From: a gamma proteobacterium SCGC AAA168-P09
Lineage (GTDB): Bacteria > Pseudomonadota > Gammaproteobacteria > Magnimaribacterales > D2472
Length of the DNA: 64,000 nucleotides
Assembly: GCA_000385055.1 (NCBI GenBank)
Contig: ARRL01000004.1
Coordinates: 30,004-94,003, forward strand
Direction of reading: 5' to 3'
Of the stretch, positions 44,428 through 52,500 are shown piece by piece; position 1 is the stretch's first letter, and each line of letters begins with the position of its first letter. A program made the translations under genes and the position numbers. Below the pieces are notes generated by a model, which ran no database searches, was not told the origin of the DNA, and saw only the letters and a list, made by a program, of their open reading frames with translations.

Positions 44428-44468
44428 GCGCTTTTTGATATCAGCTTGCCGGCGCTAAAAAATAGGCT
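44428..44468 (+). promoter_or_regulatory. Candidate SAM-II/SAM-V-class H-type pseudoknot riboswitch in the metY leader
   Basis: P1 pairs GCGC(U) 44428-44432 with (G)GCGC 44451-44455. The loop AGCUU(G) at 44443-44448 can pair with (U)AGGCU at 44463-44468. A U5 tract (44432-44436) and an A6 tract (44457-44462) are placed for triplex formation. A perfect TATAAT at 44416-44421 would put the TSS near 44428. The downstream gene is metY. Confidence 0.5.
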
Positions 44469-44533
44469 AAAGAGAACATATAATTATCTTCTCTCAGTTG
44501 ATGTTTTAATATTTAATTAATTAAGGAAACATT

Positions 44534-45826
44534 ATGAGTAAAACATACACAAACCCAGAAACCATTGGACTTCATGCAGGATGGAGGAAAGATGAAAATA
44601 CTAATTCAGTAGCAGTGCCAATTCATCAAACTACCAGTTTTCAATTTGACGACACAGAACATGCAGCAAACTTATTTGCTTTATCAGAGCTTGGCAATAT
44701 CTACTCTAGAATAATGAATCCAACATGTGCAGTTTTAGAAGATAGGATAGCTGCTTTAGAAGGCGGAGTAGGAGCTTTGGCAGTTGCATCTGGTCAGGCT
44801 GCTTCAGCTTATGCAATTCAAAATATAGCAAAGAATGGTGACAATATAGTTGCTTCAGCTCATCTTTATGGAGGAACATATAATCAGTTTAAAAATGTTT
44901 TTTCTGACATGGGTATTGAGGTAAGGTTTGTTGATCCTTCAGATCCTCAAAATTTTGCTAATGCAACTGATGATAAGACTAGAGCATACTATGGTGAGGT
45001 TTTACCTAATCCAAGTTTTAAAGTATTTCCAATATCTGAAGTAGCGGAAATAGGAAGGCCTCTTGGCATTCCTTTGATAGTTGATAATACAGCGGCTCCA
45101 GTTATTTGTAAGCCATTCGATCATGGCGCAGCAATTTTAATTCATTCAACAACAAAATTTATTGGTGGTCATGGAACATCAATCGGTGGAATTATTGTTG
45201 ATAGTGGTAATTTTGATTGGGAAGCTTTTCCAGAAAGACAGCCTGCATTGAATAATCCTGACCCATCTTATGGTGGTGCAATTTGGACAGAAGCAGTAAA
45301 GCCTTTAGGTCCAATTGCTTACATACTGAAAGCTAGAACAACTATTTTAAGAGATATGGGTGCTGCTATGAGCCCATTTAATGCTTTTATGTTTATTCAG
45401 GGTCTTGAAACGTTAGCTCTTAGAATGAGAGAGCACTCTAGCAACGCTGAAAAAGTAGCAGAATATCTTTCAAACCATGATTCTGTTGAAAGTGTAAGTT
45501 ATCCATCACACATGGAAGGTTACGCAAAAGAAAGAGCAGATAAATATCTATCGAAAGGTAATGGGGGGCTTATGGGTTTTGAAATAAAAGGCGGTATAGA
45601 GGCAGGTAAGAAATTTATCAATGCTTTAGAGATGGTCTACCATGTTGCAAACATTGGTGACTCACGAAGCTTGGCAATTCATCCTGGCAGCACAACGCAT
45701 AGTCAGCTTAATGAAGAGGAATTATTAGCTGCTGGTATTACACCAGGCTATGTAAGGCTTTCTATTGGATTAGAGCATATTGATGACATCATTGCTGACT
45801 TTGAACAAGCTTTAGCAAAGATATAG
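44534..45826 (+). CDS. metY: O-acetylhomoserine sulfhydrylase (aminocarboxypropyltransferase), PLP-dependent
   Basis: 430 aa of the Cys/Met-metabolism PLP family, with 'NIYSRIMNPT' and the PLP-Lys 'HSTTKFIGGHG'. Confidence 0.92.
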   Translation: MSKTYTNPETIGLHAGWRKDENTNSVAVPIHQTTSFQFDDTEHAANLFALSELGNIYSRIMNPTCAVLEDRIAALEGGVGALAVASGQAASAYAIQNIAKNGDNIVASAHLYGGTYNQFKNVFSDMGIEVRFVDPSDPQNFANATDDKTRAYYGEVLPNPSFKVFPISEVAEIGRPLGIPLIVDNTAAPVICKPFDHGAAILIHSTTKFIGGHGTSIGGIIVDSGNFDWEAFPERQPALNNPDPSYGGAIWTEAVKPLGPIAYILKARTTILRDMGAAMSPFNAFMFIQGLETLALRMREHSSNAEKVAEYLSNHDSVESVSYPSHMEGYAKERADKYLSKGNGGLMGFEIKGGIEAGKKFINALEMVYHVANIGDSRSLAIHPGSTTHSQLNEEELLAAGITPGYVRLSIGLEHIDDIIADFEQALAKI

Positions 45827-45833
45827 AATAATT

Positions 45834-46367
45834 TTGAGTCAAGAATTAGTTACTTATATAGTTCTTGGCTCAAAAACCAGGCTTAAAGAGACGAAACTGC
45901 CTGTCAAAAATAAATACGAAGAGTATCTTCGTCTTAATTTTGATTCAAAAGAAAATATAGTTAAAACTCTTGATGACTTGATTACTCTATCTAAGGGTGA
46001 TTTGATTGTATTACTGCCGCCATCTTCTTTTCCAAATACTCAAGCCAAAGAGGCACTTAAAAAAATAGCTTTAATAGGCTTGTCATCCTGGGGATGGTTT
46101 GAGTTTAGTTTAAAAAGAAAAAATTTTTTGCAAAATGTAAAAAAGATTAATACCTTAATAAGAAGTATTCCAGATCTAGAACAAGGAATTTATTTTTCTA
46201 AGAGTTTATATTTTTCAGTCGGAGGAATTGGATCATTTAACACAGCGCCATTCTCTGAAATTGCAAAAAGACTATATTCAAGAATTGATCCGCAAAAACC
46301 TCTTTCACCACTTATAATAAGAACAAAAAATCTTACACTAGATTTATACAATGCAGCCAAAAGTTAA
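45834..46367 (+). CDS. Hypothetical protein; possible truncated or degenerate family-2 glycosyltransferase-like relic
   Basis: 177 aa with a TTG start. 'GDLIVLLPPSSFP', 'WGWFEFSL' and 'GIYFSKSLYFSVGGIG' loosely follow the C-terminal two-thirds of GT2-type enzymes, but the N-terminal nucleotide-binding part is missing. Confidence 0.4.
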   Translation: MSQELVTYIVLGSKTRLKETKLPVKNKYEEYLRLNFDSKENIVKTLDDLITLSKGDLIVLLPPSSFPNTQAKEALKKIALIGLSSWGWFEFSLKRKNFLQNVKKINTLIRSIPDLEQGIYFSKSLYFSVGGIGSFNTAPFSEIAKRLYSRIDPQKPLSPLIIRTKNLTLDLYNAAKS

Positions 46368-46929
46368 AGCAACAAATCTAAGCTATAAAATTAATGAAAA
46401 GAAATTATTTCAAAATATTTCCTTTGAGCTTATGGCAGGAAAAGCTATTCATATACAGGGAGATAATGGTTCTGGTAAGACAACTCTTTTAAAAATTATA
46501 TGCGGCTTAACAAATCAAGTTAAGGGTGAAATAGAAAAAAAACTTGATAAACAGATATGTTTTTTAGGACATAAAAACGCCTTAAAACAGTATCTTACAG
46601 TAGAGGAAAACTTATCGCTCCTTAATATAATTAATCACCCAGACCTCAAACAGCACCTTATTGAATTTGGATTAGATAAAAGTCTTGATATAAATCTATC
46701 AAGCCTGTCTTTTGGTCAGCAAAAGAAGATTGCTCTATTAAGAGTTTTTTTAAATGATTCAGATCTAATTCTTCTAGATGAGCCATGTGTAGGCCTAGAT
46801 ACTCAATCTCAAAATTACTTATGCAGATTCTTAAATGATGAGTTAGAGCATAGAAAATCAATTTTGTTTTCTTCACATATTTCCTTAGATATCAATTCAG
46901 AAAAATTAAATTTAAGCGACCAAGTATGA
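46351..46929 (+). CDS. ccmA: Cytochrome c biogenesis heme exporter, ATP-binding subunit CcmA
   Basis: Walker A 'GDNGSGKTT', signature 'LSFGQQKKIAL' and Walker B 'LILLDEP'. It heads the ccm cluster. Confidence 0.85.
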   Translation: MQPKVKATNLSYKINEKKLFQNISFELMAGKAIHIQGDNGSGKTTLLKIICGLTNQVKGEIEKKLDKQICFLGHKNALKQYLTVEENLSLLNIINHPDLKQHLIEFGLDKSLDINLSSLSFGQQKKIALLRVFLNDSDLILLDEPCVGLDTQSQNYLCRFLNDELEHRKSILFSSHISLDINSEKLNLSDQV

Positions 46930-47573
46930 ATATAATAAAATTTGAATTACTCAAACTTAGAAATAAATCTAGAGGATGGCTTGGACCTATTTTGGTATTT
47001 ATTTTAATAATGGTTGCTTTCCCCTTGACTGTTGAAATATCTAATAAAGATTTAGATCAGTCATTTTTTGCAGTTTTATGGATAGCGGTTCTTCTTGTAA
47101 TGATGCTAGCAACTGAAGATATTTTTTTAGAAGATTTTAATGATGGTTCTTTGGAGCAGTTTGCAATTTCAGACATTAGTTTTCCATATATTATATCTGT
47201 GAAGATTTTTATTTATTGGCTATTAATAGGAGTGCCTATATCCATTATTGGGTCTTTGTTTTGTTTGGGTTTTACTAACTCAGGAAATCTTGCTATTAAT
47301 ATCTTTCCTATTTTGCTCATAACATCATATATATTTATTAATGTTTTTAGTTTTGGTAATGCCTTAAGTCTTACAAAGGGGTCTGTTCTTGGCACCCTAG
47401 TAACATTACCGTTATTACTTCCATTGCTAATTGTTTTGGGGAAAGCTGTTATTTCTATTAATCTTAATTTAAATTATTTAGGTTTTGTTGCTCTGCTTTT
47501 AGGCGTCTTATCGATTATAATATTCTTAATTCCATTAATTATTTCTTATATTATTAGAGCTCACTTAGAATAA
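46926..47573 (+). CDS. ccmB: Heme exporter membrane subunit CcmB
   Basis: 215 aa, 6 TM segments. It overlaps the ccmA stop and precedes ccmC. Confidence 0.85.
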   Translation: MNIIKFELLKLRNKSRGWLGPILVFILIMVAFPLTVEISNKDLDQSFFAVLWIAVLLVMMLATEDIFLEDFNDGSLEQFAISDISFPYIISVKIFIYWLLIGVPISIIGSLFCLGFTNSGNLAINIFPILLITSYIFINVFSFGNALSLTKGSVLGTLVTLPLLLPLLIVLGKAVISINLNLNYLGFVALLLGVLSIIIFLIPLIISYIIRAHLE

Positions 47574-47599
47574 TTTTTGGTCATAGAGAATATCTTATT

Positions 47600-48331
47600 G
47601 TGATAAAAAAATTTATACATCAATTTGCTTCGCCTAAGACCTACATGTATCAGGTAGATAGGGCTTATTCGTATATTTTCTATGTCTCATTGGTATTGTA
47701 TTTGGTTTCTATTTTTTGGGGCCTATTTGTTACTCCAGAAGACTTTGTTCAAGGTAATTCTTACAGGATTATTTATCTTCATGTACCTGCTTCTTTTATT
47801 TCTCAATCCTTGTATATTGCAATGGCGATAGCCAGCGCTATTTTTCTTATATGGAAAGTTAAACTTTCAGCATATCTAGTAAGATCCATAGCTCCTATTG
47901 GTGCAATTACTACATTTATAGCGCTAATTTCAGGATCTATATGGGGAATACCCACATGGGGAACTTGGTGGGTTTGGGATGCAAGAATTGTGTCTACTTT
48001 GATACTATTTATTATGTATCTTGGCTTAATATCTTTGCATGATTCGTTTAGTAATCACGAAAAAGCAGATAAGTTTCTTTCAATATTAGTTCTTGTTGGC
48101 TCAGTAAATATACCAATCATTAAAATGTCTGTGGAGTGGTGGAGCACCCTTCATCAGCCTGCATCAATAACAATATCAGATAAACCTGCTATAGATTTAG
48201 TCATGTTGTATCCATTATTTGGTTCAATAGTTGGTTTTGCTGGAATAGTTGCGTGCTTAGTTATTCTTTCATCTAAATTACAGATACTGCGAAGAGAAAG
48301 AAATAAATCATGGATAAAAAACTATGTTTAA
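47600..48331 (+). CDS. ccmC: Heme exporter / heme lyase subunit CcmC
   Basis: WWD motif 'WGTWWVWDARIV'. GTG start. Confidence 0.93.
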   Translation: MIKKFIHQFASPKTYMYQVDRAYSYIFYVSLVLYLVSIFWGLFVTPEDFVQGNSYRIIYLHVPASFISQSLYIAMAIASAIFLIWKVKLSAYLVRSIAPIGAITTFIALISGSIWGIPTWGTWWVWDARIVSTLILFIMYLGLISLHDSFSNHEKADKFLSILVLVGSVNIPIIKMSVEWWSTLHQPASITISDKPAIDLVMLYPLFGSIVGFAGIVACLVILSSKLQILRRERNKSWIKNYV

Positions 48332-48497
48332 TTTTGAATTTAATTCTTTGGCTGAGGCTTTTTTAATGCAAAGTCAAAACGGTCAAAATCATGGTATTTT
48401 TGTTTGGTCTGTACTCATAATTGTTTTCGTATCCATTTTAGCTACATTTATTTTCTATAAAATGAGTATTAAAAAAATCACTAAGAAATTAAAATGA
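48324..48497 (+). CDS. ccmD: Heme exporter small subunit CcmD (not in the supplied ORF track; 57 aa)
   Basis: The ATG overlaps the ccmC stop by 8 nt and the TGA overlaps the ccmE ATG (ATGA). It translates to MFNFEFNSLAEAFLMQSQNGQNHGIFVWSVLIIVFVSILATFIFYK..., with the single TM segment and 'F.W' pattern typical of CcmD. Confidence 0.7.
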   Translation: MFNFEFNSLAEAFLMQSQNGQNHGIFVWSVLIIVFVSILATFIFYKMSIKKITKKLK

Positions 48498-48898
48498 AAG
48501 CTAATAGAAAACAAAGATTAATAACAGTTTTATTAATTTTAGCTACCTCAGCAACTGGCTCATTTTTAATTATTCGTGCTCTTGATTCTAATCTAGATTT
48601 TTTCTTTACACCCTCTGAAATATTTAAAGAAGAAATACCTAACAACAAAAGAATTAAAGTTGGCGGTATGGTTTTAGAAGGCTCTGTTCTTAGAGACAAG
48701 ACAAATATTTCTTTTGTAATAACAGATTATCAGGGATCAATAAATGTTGAGTTTGATGGCATTGTCCCAGATTTGTTTAAAGAGGGTAGCGGTGTTGTTG
48801 TTGTTGGCTATTTAAGAGATAAAACTCTAGTAGCAGAGGATGTTTTAGCAAAACATGATGAAAATTACATGCCTCCAAGCATCGATATAAAAAATTAA
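48494..48898 (+). CDS. ccmE: Cytochrome c-type biogenesis heme chaperone CcmE
   Basis: N-terminal anchor, OB fold and the heme-binding 'LAKHDENYMPP'. Confidence 0.93.
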   Translation: MKANRKQRLITVLLILATSATGSFLIIRALDSNLDFFFTPSEIFKEEIPNNKRIKVGGMVLEGSVLRDKTNISFVITDYQGSINVEFDGIVPDLFKEGSGVVVVGYLRDKTLVAEDVLAKHDENYMPPSIDIKN

Positions 48899-50794
48899 AT
48901 GTTAATAGAGATAGCCCATTTCCTTTCCATTCTTTCAACAGGATTATTTTTTATATGCTTTATCTTTTCATTCTTTTTAAACTCTAAAGATATATTTATT
49001 ATTAACCTAGTTTCTAGAATATATTCACATAGTTTTTTTATATTTTTATCCTCTTTCTTTGTATATGTCTGGTTAGCAATAAGTGATAACTTTAGTGTTT
49101 TATATATTGCTCAACACTCCAATATTAATCTTCCAGTTTTTTATAAAATTTCATCTATTTGGAGCGCTCATGAGGGCTCAATGTTTCTTTGGATTATTTT
49201 CTTAACAACATGGGGCGCTGTATACAATTTATTCACTTCTAATGATCAACTTTTAAAGGCAAGAACGCTTGGAGTCATATCAATAACGTCTGTTGGATTT
49301 TTATTATTTTTATTATTAACATCAAATCCATTTGAAACTATCCTTCCTGTGCCTCCAGAAAATGGTGCTGATATCAATCCAGTTTTGCAAGACCCGCTTT
49401 TGGCAATTCATCCTCCCATGTTATATATGGGTTATGTTGGCTTTGTAATAGCTTTTGGACAGGCTATAGCATTTTTATTTGAAGGTAAGCCAGAAATTAA
49501 ATGGGAAAAGCAAGTTAGATCCTGGTCACTTGCTTCATGGTCTTTTCTTACTCTAGGGATTGCACTGGGTAGTTGGTGGGCATATTACGAACTTGGCTGG
49601 GGAGGGTACTGGTTTTGGGACCCAGTTGAAAATGTTGCCTTGATGCCTTGGCTTACAGCTACTGCGTTTGTTCATTCTTTAAGTGCTTCTTCAAAATCAT
49701 CTATTTTAAGAATATGGACATTATTGCTATCCATTCTTGTCTTCTCTTTAAGTTTATTTGGAGCTTTCATAGTTAGATCTGGGATTATTGATAGTGTTCA
49801 TTCGTTTGCAAATGATCCTGAAAGAGGATTATATCTTCTTGCATTTATCGGACTTCTTGTAATGGTTTCATTATTACTCTTCTCATTTAGATTTAATCTC
49901 CTCCTTTCAAATAAAAAGATTGCCTCTTTATCAAAAGAATCATTTATATCGCTAAATAATATCTTCTTTGGAACGTTAATCTTTTCAACAATGCTAGGCG
50001 TCTTATACCCTTTAATATATGAATTTATATATAATCAAAAGATAAGTGTCGGAGCTCCTTTTTATAACGCAATTTTTGTACCTATAACCTTAATAGCATG
50101 TATTTTTTTATACTTTTCAATTGATTCAAAATGGCAGCAGAGCTTAAATATAAAATCGCTTTTTCAGCCCTTACTTATATCACTAACATTTTCAGCAACA
50201 ATAGTTATCCTAGCTTTTTTTCAGTTTTCAATAACTAATTTGTGGACATTAGCATCATTGCTAATAGGCTCAATAATTATCATGCGATATATGATTGTGA
50301 TTTATTTTTACTTTGTATACAGAAAATTTACCAATATCTTCAGCGTTATCGCACATTGTGGCTTGGGTCTCTTAATAATATCGATAGCTTTAAATGACAA
50401 TCTAAGTTCCGAAAGGGCTTTAAATATCAAAATCAATGAAACAGAAATATATAAAGATCATCAAATAACTTTAAAAAACTTGAGAATGGTTCCTGGACCA
50501 AATTTTGATTCTGTAAAAGCAGACTTTTTAATAGAAAATCCAAATGGAAAAACTTTTACCTTAACCCCAGAGAAAAGAAAATATTTTGCTCGAGGACAAG
50601 TCACTACAGAAACTGCTATTCATGCATCTTTTTTAAAAGATATTTATCTAACAATTGGTGACCAGCTTGATGACGGAAGTTGGATTGTAAATATTCAATT
50701 TAATATATTTATTAGATGGATATGGTTTTCTGCAATGATGATGGTGGTTGCAGGGTTGTTACTTGCTCATTCTTTATCGAGATCAAGGCCATGA
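48899..50794 (+). CDS. ccmF: Cytochrome c heme lyase subunit CcmF
   Basis: 631 aa polytopic protein with WWD motif 'WGGYWFWDPVEN'. Confidence 0.95.
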   Translation: MLIEIAHFLSILSTGLFFICFIFSFFLNSKDIFIINLVSRIYSHSFFIFLSSFFVYVWLAISDNFSVLYIAQHSNINLPVFYKISSIWSAHEGSMFLWIIFLTTWGAVYNLFTSNDQLLKARTLGVISITSVGFLLFLLLTSNPFETILPVPPENGADINPVLQDPLLAIHPPMLYMGYVGFVIAFGQAIAFLFEGKPEIKWEKQVRSWSLASWSFLTLGIALGSWWAYYELGWGGYWFWDPVENVALMPWLTATAFVHSLSASSKSSILRIWTLLLSILVFSLSLFGAFIVRSGIIDSVHSFANDPERGLYLLAFIGLLVMVSLLLFSFRFNLLLSNKKIASLSKESFISLNNIFFGTLIFSTMLGVLYPLIYEFIYNQKISVGAPFYNAIFVPITLIACIFLYFSIDSKWQQSLNIKSLFQPLLISLTFSATIVILAFFQFSITNLWTLASLLIGSIIIMRYMIVIYFYFVYRKFTNIFSVIAHCGLGLLIISIALNDNLSSERALNIKINETEIYKDHQITLKNLRMVPGPNFDSVKADFLIENPNGKTFTLTPEKRKYFARGQVTTETAIHASFLKDIYLTIGDQLDDGSWIVNIQFNIFIRWIWFSAMMMVVAGLLLAHSLSRSRP

Positions 50795-51321
50795 CTATTT
50801 TTATTAGATTTATAATAATTAGCACCGCTTTAATGTTTTTTACATTTTTTTATCTATACATAAACGATGATAAATACTACCCAGGAGCGGATTTCACTAC
50901 TTCTAATATGCCGGATTTTGAGATTAAAGATTTATATTCTAAAAGAGTTTTTAGTGTTAAAGACTTAGATGGTAGCTATTTAATTAATGTTTGGGCTAGC
51001 TGGTGTATAACGTGTCGAATAGAGCATAGTTTTTTAGCTAAATTGGAATCTAACAATATACCAATTATTGGCCTTAATTATAAAGATGAAAAAGATGACG
51101 CTATAAATTGGATAACAAAGTTTGGTGACCCATATAAGTATATTATTCATGATTACAAAGGAGAGCTTGCTTTAGACCTTGGAGTAACTGGTGCGCCAGA
51201 AACATTTTTATTAAATGATGGAAAAATTATTGTTCATTATAGAGGTGAGGTGAATGACATGATTTGGAATGATGTATTCAAGCCCATTATCATGAAGGAG
51301 AATATTTTTAATGCTAATTAA
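50791..51321 (+). CDS. ccmG: Thiol:disulfide interchange protein CcmG/DsbE
   Basis: 'NVWASWCITCRIEH' and 'GVTGAPETFLL'. ATG 50791 overlaps the ccmF stop (ATGA). The longer track ORF from 50716 lies inside ccmF. Confidence 0.9.
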   Translation: MTIFIRFIIISTALMFFTFFYLYINDDKYYPGADFTTSNMPDFEIKDLYSKRVFSVKDLDGSYLINVWASWCITCRIEHSFLAKLESNNIPIIGLNYKDEKDDAINWITKFGDPYKYIIHDYKGELALDLGVTGAPETFLLNDGKIIVHYRGEVNDMIWNDVFKPIIMKENIFNAN

Positions 51322-51688
51322 GATCTTTTTATTTTTCTCAATAATATTTTCTAGCTTCGCTGTAGGTGAATCTCTCTATGAGTTTGATAGCATTGAAGAT
51401 GAAAAAAGATTTTATACATTAATAAAAGAAATTAGGTGTCCAAAATGCACAAGCGGCTCTCTGGCCAGCTCAAATGCACCGGTTTCTGAAGATATAAAAT
51501 CAAAAATAATACAGTTGATAAAAGAGGGAAAATCAGATCAGGAAATAAAAGAATTTTTATCTGACAGGTTTGGCAATCAGGTTTTATATAACCCAGGTTT
51601 AAGCAAAGATACATACTTTCTGTGGTTTGCACCTGGTTTATTTTTAATGCTAATTCTTCTTTTTTTCTTTTTCAGAAAAAGAACATAA
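51311..51688 (+). CDS. ccmH: Cytochrome c-type biogenesis protein CcmH
   Basis: Signal peptide, 'IRCPKCTSGSLASSNAP' (the LRCxxC motif), 'EGKSDQEI' and a C-terminal TM segment. Confidence 0.85.
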   Translation: MLIKIFLFFSIIFSSFAVGESLYEFDSIEDEKRFYTLIKEIRCPKCTSGSLASSNAPVSEDIKSKIIQLIKEGKSDQEIKEFLSDRFGNQVLYNPGLSKDTYFLWFAPGLFLMLILLFFFFRKRT

Positions 51689-52467
51689 TGATAATAGTTT
51701 ATTTGCTAGCTTTCATTTCATTATTTCCTGTATATGCCTACTTATTGGCACCAAAAACAAAAAATAAAGGGTATATTTTTGGCATTTCATTTTTAATTTT
51801 AATTTTTTGTTTATTTTCATTCGTTGGTAAATATTCTTTTCTTGGTTCTATAAAAGAACAAGAAATAAATAATAAAATATTTTTAATAATCGAGCAGGAT
51901 AATGAAATACCAGTGAATCTATTTAACTCATTTGATGCAATTATTGATGAAGAAAGCAAACTTTATTGGGCCCAAAGTTATATACAAAAAGCTATGTCAG
52001 AGCAGAAGCTTCAAGCAGCTGAAAGTCTTATATCTTTTTCAGAAAAATACTTCATGACATCAGATGAAAAGTTTGTTTTTTATACTTTGTACACTCAACT
52101 TAGAGATTTAAAGTTCCCTATTTTTGCAAACTCTAAATTTATTCTTAACCTTTCTCCACCTGCTGATTGTGAAAATTATAAAGGAAATATTTCGTTGTTT
52201 ATTATGAATGGCCCGAACATACCTATTGCCAGTCAAAATTTCCAGAATTCTTTCGAAGTTTCATTAGGTAATAATAATTCTTCAATTCCTGGATTTGATC
52301 TTGCTTCAGCCTACCTCAATCAAGAAGCTTTGGAGCTTAAAGCATCATTATTTTGTGTTGAAAAAAACTTGGATTATTTTTCTGAAAATGCCTTATTATT
52401 TGATCAAAATAATCATATAAATACCTATAATATTAGGCCAAATGAATGGTTAAAAAGAGAACAATAG
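51688..52467 (+). CDS. ccmI: Putative CcmI (c-type cytochrome biogenesis, apocytochrome chaperone); divergent
   Basis: It is the last gene of the ccm cluster. ATG 51688 overlaps the ccmH stop (TAATG). Two N-terminal TM segments precede a soluble domain. The call rests mainly on position. Confidence 0.5.
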   Translation: MIIVYLLAFISLFPVYAYLLAPKTKNKGYIFGISFLILIFCLFSFVGKYSFLGSIKEQEINNKIFLIIEQDNEIPVNLFNSFDAIIDEESKLYWAQSYIQKAMSEQKLQAAESLISFSEKYFMTSDEKFVFYTLYTQLRDLKFPIFANSKFILNLSPPADCENYKGNISLFIMNGPNIPIASQNFQNSFEVSLGNNNSSIPGFDLASAYLNQEALELKASLFCVEKNLDYFSENALLFDQNNHINTYNIRPNEWLKREQ

Positions 52468-52500
52468 TTTAATATAAACGTAAGAAAATTATTCTCAAAA

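Noticed and set aside
50716-50790. Longer versions of ccmG (from 50716) and ccmI (from 51622) given in the ORF track.
   Set aside because: The extensions lie inside ccmF and ccmH respectively and encode non-family sequence. The internal ATGs at 50791 and 51688 overlap the upstream stop codons (ATGA and TAATG) and give normal signal-anchor N-termini.
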